The notes below the pieces were generated by a model, which saw nothing but the letters and a program-made list of their open reading frames with translations, was not told the origin of the DNA and ran no database searches. A DNA stretch of 56,168 nucleotides, the filler included, from Asterionella formosa (lineage: Eukaryota): assembly GCA_002256025.1 (NCBI GenBank). It is 6 parts of 6 records of this genome, joined end to end, with 100 filler letters (N's around TTAATTAATTAA, not from the genome) between each part and the next. Parts side by side here need not be neighbours in the genome. Positions count along the whole stretch, not along the records: positions 46,902 to 56,168 come from NKIB01010910.1; 5 more parts are not named here. One strand, 5' to 3'. Below, in pieces: positions 46,802 to 56,168 of the stretch (positions are counted from its first letter, which is position 1; each line of letters starts with the position of its first letter). The position numbers and the translations under genes were made by a program.

Positions 46802-46901
46802 NNNNNNNNNNNNNNNNNNNNNNNNNNNNNNNNNNNNNNNNNNNNTTAATTAATTAANNNNNNNNNNNNNNNNNNNNNNNNNNNNNNNNNNNNNNNNNNN
46901 N
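46802..46901. other. Artificial contig linker
   Basis: N44-TTAATTAATTAA-N44. Confidence 0.98.
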
Positions 46902-47597
46902 AATTCGTCACCTTCGATGGCGCCTTCATTCGGTCCTGAATCTTGCTGGTCAACCATCTCTAAATCTTCCGAGTCCGTTAAAGACGCATTACGCCTGATA
47001 GCTCCAATATTTGCCTTTCTCTGATCGAAAAGCGTCGTGGTGCTTCTCTTCTGTCGTCGGACCATGAAAAGAGAAATCGAGCCCAAGAGGAAGCACATGA
47101 CTTGCAGTCGAATCTGGGACAAAGCGAATACAATCCAAGGAGTCAGCCCAAGTTTCCACCAGTTTCGACATAATTGCCCTTCACACTTACCACTAGAAAC
47201 TCTTCATCTGTTTCAGTCCTTGCACAGCTCCTGAACTGCACAATGTCAGCTGAGTCTGCGTACGGAGCAAAGCTAGAACTGAGACAATAATGAAACAAAA
47301 CTCAGATAGGGAAACGTAGCTATTTCGCTTACCTTCCTTCTCTGCCCTACACGAAAATAGTTGGATCCTGGAAGTTGCCTTGCACTCATCTTGAGCGTTT
47401 AATTGAGTTGCTGTGCACATTTCGCAGTCGCCTCTCGGTTCACAAAACGATAACGATTCATCGTTGGACAGAAATCGTTGAAAGAGGGGAAATGGAAGAT
47501 CTTCTTCCATCCAAGGCTCATGCATTGCCTGAGCTTGTGATCCAAGGACTGTTATCAGCGAGAGAATGATGGGCTGGTAGCGTCTCCGTGTGTTCAT
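46902..47597 (-). CDS. JTB (jumping translocation breakpoint)-like membrane protein; 3 exons, runs off the contig edge
   Basis: Signal peptide; C...GDCEMC......C..T......C...FRSC cysteine pattern; TM followed by VRRQKR. Two 77-bp GT-AG introns (47256-47332 and 47114-47190) give one continuous frame. Confidence 0.7.
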
Positions 47598-47950
47598 TGT
47601 GCTCGCCGTCGTCTCCTGGCAAGAAATATCTGATTTTCATAAATACCAATTCATGTCACATCTGATATGGACAAGGGGAGAGGGGAGAGGGGGGAGGGGG
47701 TCTTACTACTACCATGGTACCAGGTACTGGTACCTGGTACCAGATACCAGTTACCAGGGGTATATATAGTACCTGGGATCGCACCTGAAACTACGATATA
47801 ATGTATACTCATGTTCCAGGCACATAGTACCAGGTACCTGGTACCTGGTACTACGGCTACAAATTCTGCCTGACTGTACACAAGTATTATGCTGCGTATT
47901 TTAAATCACTCCATCACAAATCGCAGGCAACCCGCCCACATTATCATCAT

Positions 47951-50900
47951 TTATTCAAAGAACTGCTCACGGGTTAGTAAAACAGCATAAGTGCTCGTCT
48001 TGTTGGTGAATGTACCAGTCAAAGAGTGTGCGTCTTTATGAAATCGAGGTGTTACAAGAAACATCTTCGTCTCCTTGCCTACAGCAAACATAGCAATCCG
48101 CATCTTTGCCTCGTAGTCCTTGTAAAATCCCTTGTACGCATCAGATTCAGATGTTACACTTAGGCGAAGTGAGACTACTGTCCAACGACCCCCGTCAATC
48201 TTTTGACGAATAAACTTTTGAAACTCTGGAATGGACAGGCGACCCCTTTCGGAAAAAGTGTCCGGTAAAAAGCCGCTGCGAATGTGAGACAACGAATCAC
48301 CTTCATACAGCAACTTCCCTCGAAACGTATTTCCGTTGACGCTAAACGAGAATTTTTCAGAACCAGAAGCTGAAGCGACAATACCTTGCCTAATTTGCAC
48401 TGTAGAAGGAGAAAATGCACCTGAATTACCCAGAGGAGGGGGCGGTGGAGGCATGGAGCTCAATTTCCGGAGTCTACTAGCGATTCCCGGTGATGTAGAG
48501 TTGGGCGACAATGGCGAGAGGTTTGAAGTTGACACATCAAAGTCGGCATTGTCGTCTTTGTGAGTACTCAAAGCTAGTAGTGCAAGGGGTGGTGGAGTGT
48601 GGGATATCGTTTTCTTGGAAGGAACGAATTGAGACATACAATCTACCTCATCTTGAGGTGGAGTTTCTGGCTGCTTGGTAACCACAGGTAATGTCTCCGA
48701 CAACGATCTCATGGCAGCCTTAAGAATATTCTTTACTGAGCCATTTCCTATGGGGGAGTTGCTGATCGTTGCAGGAGCAATGACAAGATTCTTCGTTCTC
48801 TCCTCTTCCGCAGCAGCCTTCACGTGTCGAACATGTGGGATGACCATGTCCTCAGGGGTCATTGCTACGAGGGCTTCCGCACTGAGTATGCTCAACAAGT
48901 ATCGGGCAGCAACAGTCGGATTCCTGACATCTTCTATATTTGATCGCAAGCTGATCACCTTGTCACGATAATCGGCTTGGCTGTCTTTATTTTTATAAAA
49001 AGTGGCGCTTTCAAGGTCGAACGCTTTCAGTGTGCACAATAATGCTACATCCGTAGCATTCAATTGAATAATTCCCATCATCTTCATGCCCTTGATCAGC
49101 GCCTTTTCAAGGATTGACCTTGCTTTGTCCCTAGAGGTAGTATCAACTGTCGATTGTGTCGAAGACAGCCCCCTACTTTGGGGCTGAATACGGCGACGAT
49201 TCAACAAATCCATCAGGACGTCTTCACGTTCATCTACTGCGAGATGTCCATCTTCGTAGCGCCGCCTCCTTAGATTCTCTAGCGTGATGATACCATTGGA
49301 GGAATTAACGCAAATTTCAACTTGTTGATCAATTTTTGTATTCATAGCAAGTAATTCATCAATCAAGCCGATATGCGGAGTAACAACCAAAGAATTTCGC
49401 CCTTCGTCAATGAGGCGTTCTGTCTCTTCTCGGAATCTATATAATTGATATATTGCTTCCTCATCCATTGAAGCATCTGCCTGTGACAAAGGGTAATTTT
49501 CTGTCTGTAGAGTGCACCGGCTTTCCCACTCCAACATCCGTGATACGTCTTCCTTCAACCAATCATGGAGAAGGGCGCACCACTTGAGACAAGTACCACC
49601 CATGCTATGATGGGCACCACCCTTCCCTATCAAAACGGTCAGCTTATTTGTCTGTTTGTTGGTTGTTACAAATATCCTATGGCTGGAGAGCGTTTTTCGT
49701 ACGCCGTCTGAGATTCCATCAAGGAACAAGGTATTTCCATCAATTAGTATCTGGTGAGCTTTAATAGCAGGAATTGAAAGGGTTTTGATGCTACCAAACG
49801 AAGATTCACCAACTACTGAATCATTCAGAGACTTCACCCACTGCATTGCACGTCGGATCCACTCAAACACAGCTTTACCCGGGGTATCAGCATAAATGTC
49901 ATTGGCGATCTTTTCGATTCTTCTTGTGGCACTAAGCAATTCCTCGAAAAGTGGACTCCCAGTCAATCGATACAAGTGAAAGTCTCCGTTATCGCCAACA
50001 AGCGAGTCAGAGTCAGGGTAAGGCGCTTTGTCTGTTGCTGATATCGCAAAATCTTCACCTAACAAATTGTGAAGCTCGATTTCGAAAGCGTGGACGTTCT
50101 CCAGGACCTCTCTGACAGCGGCTTCTCGTGGCATCGACACCATCGTCAAGATAGAGTTCCTCGCCAAATCTGCTAGTTTTGACAGATCTATCTGCTCTTG
50201 AGCCTCAGGCTCATTCAAAAATGACAGCTTGCAAGGAGAACCTACAGGAGCCCGTCGTTTTGAGCCGCGAAAGGACAATGCAAGAAGTTGGGTAACTTCT
50301 TCTTGCCATGAGCTTGCCGAATCATGTAGTTCTCTTACTCGTAAGGCAACTCTGGCAATATCAGTGGGGTTCCCGTCGTCGGCTGATGCTGGGATCCTTT
50401 CAAACAGTGTCACGAGTACATCCCATGGCAATGTACTCGACTTAGTCAAGCTTTCAAGGTTGGCATCATCGAAGTGTAGCACAGGGTACGAAAGAGTCTT
50501 AATTAACCAGCTTAAATCTTTGATGAATTGGTCGAGTTGCTGTTCAAGGTCGATATTGAGAACAAAGCCAGGACCAGATTGCGATCGCGCTTTGAAGTTT
50601 GACTGAATTTCTTTAAGGTGCAAAAAATTCTGCCGCAACGAGTCAGTATTTTTGTACGATCCTCGAGTCAATTCCTTTGTCGCAGCCAATATCATCCTTG
50701 CTGTCGCCTCTACTTTTTCCGCGTCATCAATCAACGTTTTATAACTTTCCAGTTCAGAGGAAGGAATCTTCCTGATAAATCGAAGGAACACCAGATATTC
50801 ATCACTACGGGTCACAGAGACACAAGGCTGAGCATTCAAAAGACCCTTGGCACTGAGCAATGTTGGTCGACATGGGGATTTCTCCTGTCCAGTACATTTA

Positions 50901-53900
50901 CAATTTTCTAATAGATCAAGAATTTCAATTCTCCACAAAATGAAGGCAAGGCATAGAAGAGCGTGTTCGTTGTTATCATCGTCAAGAAGCCTTGAGAAAA
51001 TAATCTTGCCAAGCTCGGTTGTCTCCAGCTTTGCTTTCGAAAGTTGCCGTAATTGTCGGTGAGAATCCATTAGTGCGGTAATGTGTTTTATACTATTCTC
51101 TGGATTGACAACGAATCTCCTGTCGTCGGAAGTCTCGTGGCTACATGAAAACGCCACGACAACGTCCATGCCTTCGAGGATTAGTGGGTAAAAGGTTGAC
51201 AAGTCTATGTCTTCAACCAAGAAAAGATGCAGCGTGGTGGTGACTCTATTTTGCCAATCAAGGGCCTCAATCCATGAATCAACAACGTGCCTTGTCGGCT
51301 CCATCATAAGGCCTTTAGGCCTTTGCTCCCTAGCTTTCACTAAATTGGTATACAAGTTATTTTTCCCATTTATAACATCTGAGACTTTCCACGACCACTC
51401 TTTTGCTTCCCGCTGGACTCGAAGGATGATCTCGAGCTCGTTTGAAAGCGTGATATTCAACTTTGGATATTCTAACAGTAGATCGTCAATTCTTTTTAAG
51501 TCAACCATTGCAGCTGTCTTTGTTGATAACATAGGAGATCCTACCAGAAGGTTGCCATGCACTCTCAAGGCCGAAACAATTGAGTCTGCTCGTTTCTTCC
51601 ATTCGTGACTACAATTAAAGAGCTCCTTCACTTGGCATTCCGCAACCCTTGCAAGCATTGTTGCATCAAAGGCAGCGAAGGCCCGGATTTCCTTATCGAC
51701 AGATTGATTAGTTTCTAATCTTGTCAAGAGATCGATTCTTGTTTGATTCTCTCCCGCAAGGATCCTAACTAGCTCTTTGTAAAGCTCCTCGATTATGCTG
51801 TACTCATATGGCGGCCCAAAAGAAAGTTGCCTTTCCGCTCTTATTTTCCAGTTTATGATATCAAGGCGGACAGCGAGCTTCTCCTCAACAATCGAGAGAA
51901 CGGGAATTGATCGGATATGATTAAAGGCTTGAGAGATTCCTTCTATGCTCCTGAGACTTTCGGGGTCGGCGGCAGAAGTACAGCTTTCCGCTACAAGTCT
52001 TTCAAATTTAGTGAAGACATGAAGGTTTGCATAGAGACTGCTGGACACTTTTTGAACGTCAACCATAACCTTTGCAAGCCGCATTGGTACCGAATCCTCA
52101 CCATCTGGAGAGTTTGGTGGTGAAGGAATCTGAGGCAAATTCGGCGCTCGTGATACAACTCCTTGGACAAACGGAACGCGCTCCCGAGAATTCACGCAAT
52201 GCCGCAAATCGACTACCCACTCGCGAACTGCAATGGCATCTAGGAGAACGGCGCGATTCATCTTGGAGCACCTTGACGAACCAAGTGGATCAATATTCGT
52301 GTATTGATTATTATTTTCAGCAGCATGTTTGAGACCTCTCAATGCAATAAGAATTTCGTCCTCTTTCTTCAATGCACCCTCTTTAGGCTCTTGCACTAGA
52401 CAAGATATTAATTTCCAAGCCTGATTTTCGAAGCTTTGAATGGATTCAAGCTTTATTTTTAGCCTAGATGCAAGGTTTGAAAGATCACACCCTCGCAAGA
52501 CTTGATGATTCAAGTATTGTTTGTAACATGAATTGACGTCTTCAAAGGAGAAGAAACGTTCCTCCCCATCTTGTTCTTCGGAAATCGATCTAACTGAGTC
52601 GCTATCTTCCTTCGTAATACATATTTCACCACATGTCTCCGTCTCGCTCTGCTCCTTAACTATGGTTGTGTAATCGCCAAGCACAGTTTCCGCTTGTCGC
52701 TTCCATCGAATAATTGGCTCTTGTATATGAAACGAAGTGCTACGAAGCATTTCAGCAAAGATTTTCTGGAACCAACGTGTATCATTTTCAACAATCTTAG
52801 CTGCAATATTTTGAATGCATTTGTCATTGATGAATTGGCCTTCTGTAACTATAGAAAACTGATCTTCGTCGGGGGAGTCTGGTGATCCAAGGGCACCTTT
52901 AGATGGTCCAAAACCAGTTTCTTTGGGTATCCGTCTTCGTTTAGTCTTTCTGGATCCACATGGAACATTAGTGGGTTTCCTTTTCGATCCTCTATGGGTT
53001 GCATCCATTGCTACTAGTTTGGTTAGTTGCACTCTACCGTCCTCGATGTAGCTTTCCTGCAAACTTGTCACATCGGCTAGCGATGAGTTTTCTCCTGACC
53101 CAAAAATTTGCTGATGAAGAATGAAGCATTTCTTGTACCAAATACTCGCATTGTATAATTGGTCTAAGCAGGCAACGAGATGATTAACGTACGCTTCAGT
53201 TGGGTCGTCTAAGCCTCTGTCCCCGTGATCAGTGATAGGTGCAAGCTTCGTTCTCAAGTATAACTGCGCTTGAAGATGAAAGATCAGAAGTTTAACCTTA
53301 ATAAAGTCTTGTTTCAGAGGCCGAGTTACTGCCCCTTCCTCGTCAATAATTCCACCATTTCCCGCATATGCGAGTTCAGTATTAGTCGCATCATGAATCC
53401 TTTGCAGTCGCATCATCGCCGGAACATCGTCTAGTGTCATAGTGTCAGCCGGCAATCTATTCTCCAATATATTGAATTCTATACTCGGAAACAGAATTAC
53501 TCTCGTACGCCGAATCCATGCCCGAGCGGATGGTCTGACGAGTTCGCGCTTCAAAGTCATATCGTAGATTTGATCGTCGCCAACAAACTTTATGAAAAAG
53601 AGGAATTGGCCCTCTACACATTTTTTAGCGGAGATGATGAAGCCGTCATACCAATCCGATGGTTCTGCTTCATTCTCCTCATTTTCATCGTCATCATCAC
53701 TTGTCGCGACGGTTCTTTGTTGTGCCGCCGCTCGTTCAATATCGCCTTGCACTGATGATGATGGAATATCAGAAATGACTTCGTTCGTTATGCTTGCAGC
53801 AGTTGCTTTATCATGCGTTAGATCGCCCCCATCACTGTCCCAAAATATTTCCCAATCTCTTTCAATAAGGCTGCGGGCCCATTCTTCTTCTGTGTGGTGA

Positions 53901-53905
53901 CTCAT
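47951..53905 (-). CDS. 1984-aa nuclear protein with TFIIS central domain and C-terminal SPOC (PHF3/DIDO/Bye1-like), N-terminal Tudor-like fold and helical repeats
   Basis: R.KAR.IL.KAL...AFDLESATF...YRDKVISLRSNIED.RNP...LVAMTPEDM (TFIIS_M). LPDTFSERGRL...F.KFI...Y..FY..YE.K.R.AM....MFLV.P (SPOC). WEIFW...WYDG.I...F.IKF.GD (Tudor-like). Confidence 0.85.
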   Translation of the reverse strand: MSHHTEEEWARSLIERDWEIFWDSDGGDLTHDKATAASITNEVISDIPSSSVQGDIERAAAQQRTVATSDDDDENEENEAEPSDWYDGFIISAKKCVEGQFLFFIKFVGDDQIYDMTLKRELVRPSARAWIRRTRVILFPSIEFNILENRLPADTMTLDDVPAMMRLQRIHDATNTELAYAGNGGIIDEEGAVTRPLKQDFIKVKLLIFHLQAQLYLRTKLAPITDHGDRGLDDPTEAYVNHLVACLDQLYNASIWYKKCFILHQQIFGSGENSSLADVTSLQESYIEDGRVQLTKLVAMDATHRGSKRKPTNVPCGSRKTKRRRIPKETGFGPSKGALGSPDSPDEDQFSIVTEGQFINDKCIQNIAAKIVENDTRWFQKIFAEMLRSTSFHIQEPIIRWKRQAETVLGDYTTIVKEQSETETCGEICITKEDSDSVRSISEEQDGEERFFSFEDVNSCYKQYLNHQVLRGCDLSNLASRLKIKLESIQSFENQAWKLISCLVQEPKEGALKKEDEILIALRGLKHAAENNNQYTNIDPLGSSRCSKMNRAVLLDAIAVREWVVDLRHCVNSRERVPFVQGVVSRAPNLPQIPSPPNSPDGEDSVPMRLAKVMVDVQKVSSSLYANLHVFTKFERLVAESCTSAADPESLRSIEGISQAFNHIRSIPVLSIVEEKLAVRLDIINWKIRAERQLSFGPPYEYSIIEELYKELVRILAGENQTRIDLLTRLETNQSVDKEIRAFAAFDATMLARVAECQVKELFNCSHEWKKRADSIVSALRVHGNLLVGSPMLSTKTAAMVDLKRIDDLLLEYPKLNITLSNELEIILRVQREAKEWSWKVSDVINGKNNLYTNLVKAREQRPKGLMMEPTRHVVDSWIEALDWQNRVTTTLHLFLVEDIDLSTFYPLILEGMDVVVAFSCSHETSDDRRFVVNPENSIKHITALMDSHRQLRQLSKAKLETTELGKIIFSRLLDDDNNEHALLCLAFILWRIEILDLLENCKCTGQEKSPCRPTLLSAKGLLNAQPCVSVTRSDEYLVFLRFIRKIPSSELESYKTLIDDAEKVEATARMILAATKELTRGSYKNTDSLRQNFLHLKEIQSNFKARSQSGPGFVLNIDLEQQLDQFIKDLSWLIKTLSYPVLHFDDANLESLTKSSTLPWDVLVTLFERIPASADDGNPTDIARVALRVRELHDSASSWQEEVTQLLALSFRGSKRRAPVGSPCKLSFLNEPEAQEQIDLSKLADLARNSILTMVSMPREAAVREVLENVHAFEIELHNLLGEDFAISATDKAPYPDSDSLVGDNGDFHLYRLTGSPLFEELLSATRRIEKIANDIYADTPGKAVFEWIRRAMQWVKSLNDSVVGESSFGSIKTLSIPAIKAHQILIDGNTLFLDGISDGVRKTLSSHRIFVTTNKQTNKLTVLIGKGGAHHSMGGTCLKWCALLHDWLKEDVSRMLEWESRCTLQTENYPLSQADASMDEEAIYQLYRFREETERLIDEGRNSLVVTPHIGLIDELLAMNTKIDQQVEICVNSSNGIITLENLRRRRYEDGHLAVDEREDVLMDLLNRRRIQPQSRGLSSTQSTVDTTSRDKARSILEKALIKGMKMMGIIQLNATDVALLCTLKAFDLESATFYKNKDSQADYRDKVISLRSNIEDVRNPTVAARYLLSILSAEALVAMTPEDMVIPHVRHVKAAAEEERTKNLVIAPATISNSPIGNGSVKNILKAAMRSLSETLPVVTKQPETPPQDEVDCMSQFVPSKKTISHTPPPLALLALSTHKDDNADFDVSTSNLSPLSPNSTSPGIASRLRKLSSMPPPPPPLGNSGAFSPSTVQIRQGIVASASGSEKFSFSVNGNTFRGKLLYEGDSLSHIRSGFLPDTFSERGRLSIPEFQKFIRQKIDGGRWTVVSLRLSVTSESDAYKGFYKDYEAKMRIAMFAVGKETKMFLVTPRFHKDAHSLTGTFTNKTSTYAVLLTREQFFE

Positions 53906-54355
53906 GGTGAGTTGTTTCTACAATCCCATTGTGGTGGCAAATACGAGTTTGGTGGTGACATAACCAGGTATGAGAGAATATACGAGTGGTACTGGTACCT
54001 GGTACCTGGTAACGTACCCCGGTAGTTATGATACGTAGTCGAGTGAGTCGACTTTGGGTGGACCAAGCTCCGATGATCAACCGTCACACAATTTTATTCT
54101 GCATGATGTATGAGCTGGTGGACAAGGTAGACTACCGGTACCTAATGAATAGACTGATAGTTTGAATCTAATGGTCAATGTTATAAAACCATGATCAATT
54201 AATGTGAGATAGGCATTGGTCTATCTATAAATGAATGATCTGACAAGTGCAAGTGACAGTTGGAGAGTTGTTTGTTGGATTATTCAAACTGAACAAAAAT
54301 AAAAACTAGCTAGCTTAGTAGTATGTTTTAATTCACAGCAAAATAAAGCAATTAG

Positions 54356-54778
54356 NNNNNNNNNNNNNNNNNNNNNNNNNNNNNNNNNNNNNNNNNNNNN
54401 NNNNNNNNNNNNNNNNNNNNNNNNNNNNNNNNNNNNNNNNNNNNNNNNNNNNNNNNNNNNNNNNNNNNNNNNNNNNNNNNNNNNNNNNNNNNNNNNNNNN
54501 NNNNNNNNNNNNNNNNNNNNNNNNNNNNNNNNNNNNNNNNNNNNNNNNNNNNNNNNNNNNNNNNNNNNNNNNNNNNNNNNNNNNNNNNNNNNNNNNNNNN
54601 NNNNNNNNNNNNNNNNNNNNNNNNNNNNNNNNNNNNNNNNNNNNNNNNNNNNNNNNNNNNNNNNNNNNNNNNNNNNNNNNNNNNNNNNNNNNNNNNNNNN
54701 NNNNNNNNNNNNNNNNNNNNNNNNNNNNNNNNNNNNNNNNNNNNNNNNNNNNNNNNNNNNNNNNNNNNNNNNNNNNNN
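54356..54778. other. Intra-scaffold gap (423 N, no linker)
   Basis: Pure N run lacking TTAATTAATTAA. Confidence 0.9.
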
Positions 54779-55328
54779 ATGTGTTTTGATACTTTCAACT
54801 GCAATTGACTTTGGTATTTGGTCGATGTGGTGGAGATGCTCATAGCAAGCTTCTTGACATGGAAACACAACATTTCACTCATTGGACTATAATGGTGTCC
54901 ATTAACAGTGCAAGCGAGCCTTTTAGGGCCGTTCTTATCAGTCTGTCATTGGTCGTCATTGGTGTATCCTCATCTCCGAAATGTGATTCAAAAATAGCGG
55001 ATTGGTTTTTTTGTGTATCACAAACGGTTCTTTTGGTCTGATCACCGGTGTATCATGGGTGTATGCATCACTAAGGATACAGTTTTTGGACACCTGACCA
55101 ATGCTGTATCAGTGATAAAGTCGTTGATCGCTGTGTATCAACCATGTCCATTGGCAATGATAAAATAACTGTAAATACACAAGCACAACACTACATAATA
55201 AATATTGCGCCAACTAAATTTTTTGTTATATATATACTATGTATACACTAGCTACCTTTCAGCTTTTTCAGTAAAAACAAGAATCAGTAGTCCGCTAGTC
55301 TCTATACCTGTCTTCCAAGTAACATTGC

Positions 55329-55880
55329 TTGACTATATCTCGATTAATTGGCGCAATCAGCAGCAAAGTAGTGGATATAGTAGCTGAAACTTCTGATGCT
55401 GCCAATACTCCCATTTCGGAAAAGAATCAATGGCGTGTAGCTAATGAGGATGTCGAAGGTATTGTTGAGTCGTCTACTACTGGTCCAACCGATATTGACA
55501 AGATGGGTTTTGTTGAAAAGAGGAAGTCTCCAACTGCTGGTACACTTGACATTGACAAGATAGGTCCACCTGAAAAGAAAATACATCCAACTGCTGGAAC
55601 ACTTGATGTTGACAAGATGGATCCATATGAAACTAAAATACCTCCAACTGCTGGTTCACTTGACATTGACAAGATGGGTCCACCTGAAAAGAAAATACCT
55701 CCAACTGCTGGTACACTTGATGTTACGGCATGGAACCATGTCGTCCATCTGCATCTGGGAGTTATTAATGGTATTATCGACAGGAGCCATTTTTTTGTAG
55801 CAGCGACTGAAGAAGAAATGTCATCATTGCTTTCAGTATCAATAAGGGGATCCTGTGTAGCTGATTTTGTTTTGGGCTGA
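55329..55880 (+). CDS. Probable exon with in-frame 57-bp/19-aa tandem repeats (PTAGTLDIDKMGPPEKKIP); gene model unresolved
   Basis: About 4.5 repeat units at ~55475-55725. The period is a multiple of 3 and the frame stays open. Confidence 0.45.
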   Translation: MTISRLIGAISSKVVDIVAETSDAANTPISEKNQWRVANEDVEGIVESSTTGPTDIDKMGFVEKRKSPTAGTLDIDKIGPPEKKIHPTAGTLDVDKMDPYETKIPPTAGSLDIDKMGPPEKKIPPTAGTLDVTAWNHVVHLHLGVINGIIDRSHFFVAATEEEMSSLLSVSIRGSCVADFVLG

Positions 55881-56168
55881 TCCAAGGTGCCAGCAAGAGA
55901 AAACCTTTCCGGCCGCTTTGCCCATTTGCCCCATCGATGTGGGGTGCTTGGGGGGCATCATGGGAGGATGTTAACTCCTCACACCATTACACGTAATCAG
56001 AGGAATGGTTTTGAAGCACCCCGTCATCCAGCATTTATGTCCTGGTGTCCAGTGAGGCACCCCGCCCCTCCACCTGGGCGACGTCAGTTGACACAAGAAA
56101 TTGGAAAACGAGGTATTATTTTCTAACCGTTTACCATTAAAAGAAATATATACATGACGAAAAGTATA

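Noticed and set aside
48175..53900. Many short plus-strand ORFs
   Set aside because: Antisense shadows of the 1984-aa CDS; the same applies to ORFs inside the other long genes.
54284..54882. ORFs spanning the N gap
   Set aside because: Artefacts of translating N runs.

Overview
Eukaryotic nuclear DNA, most consistent with a diatom-like stramenopile (short 70-120 bp GT-AG introns, TTAGGG telomere unit, SPT4, Copia pol). The window is not one locus. It is six contigs of 9283, 9282, 9280, 9280, 9276 and 9267 bp, joined in decreasing-length order by artificial 100-bp N44-TTAATTAATTAA-N44 linkers, so adjacency across linkers is meaningless. Host genes: SPT4, a type-I membrane protein, a PH-like protein, a DOMON/copper monooxygenase, a SAM methyltransferase, two membrane proteins, TMEM256/DUF423, a JTB-like gene and a 1984-aa TFIIS-M/SPOC protein. 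Mobile DNA: a decayed Crypton (tyrosine recombinase plus GCR1_C, i.e. CryptonF-like), a Copia 3' end with LTR, two decayed Plavaka-like transposases (one with a convergent Ulp1-like protease ORF), and several MITE-like or foldback repeats. The most unusual signal is a set of TA-(CCGG/CCAGG/CCTGG/CTGG/CCAG)-TA units stacked into arrays in intergenic and gene-upstream DNA on all six contigs. Paralogous repeat copies show these units are insertions at TA sites, suggesting iterated transposon excision footprints. All family assignments come from motif recognition by eye, not database searches.
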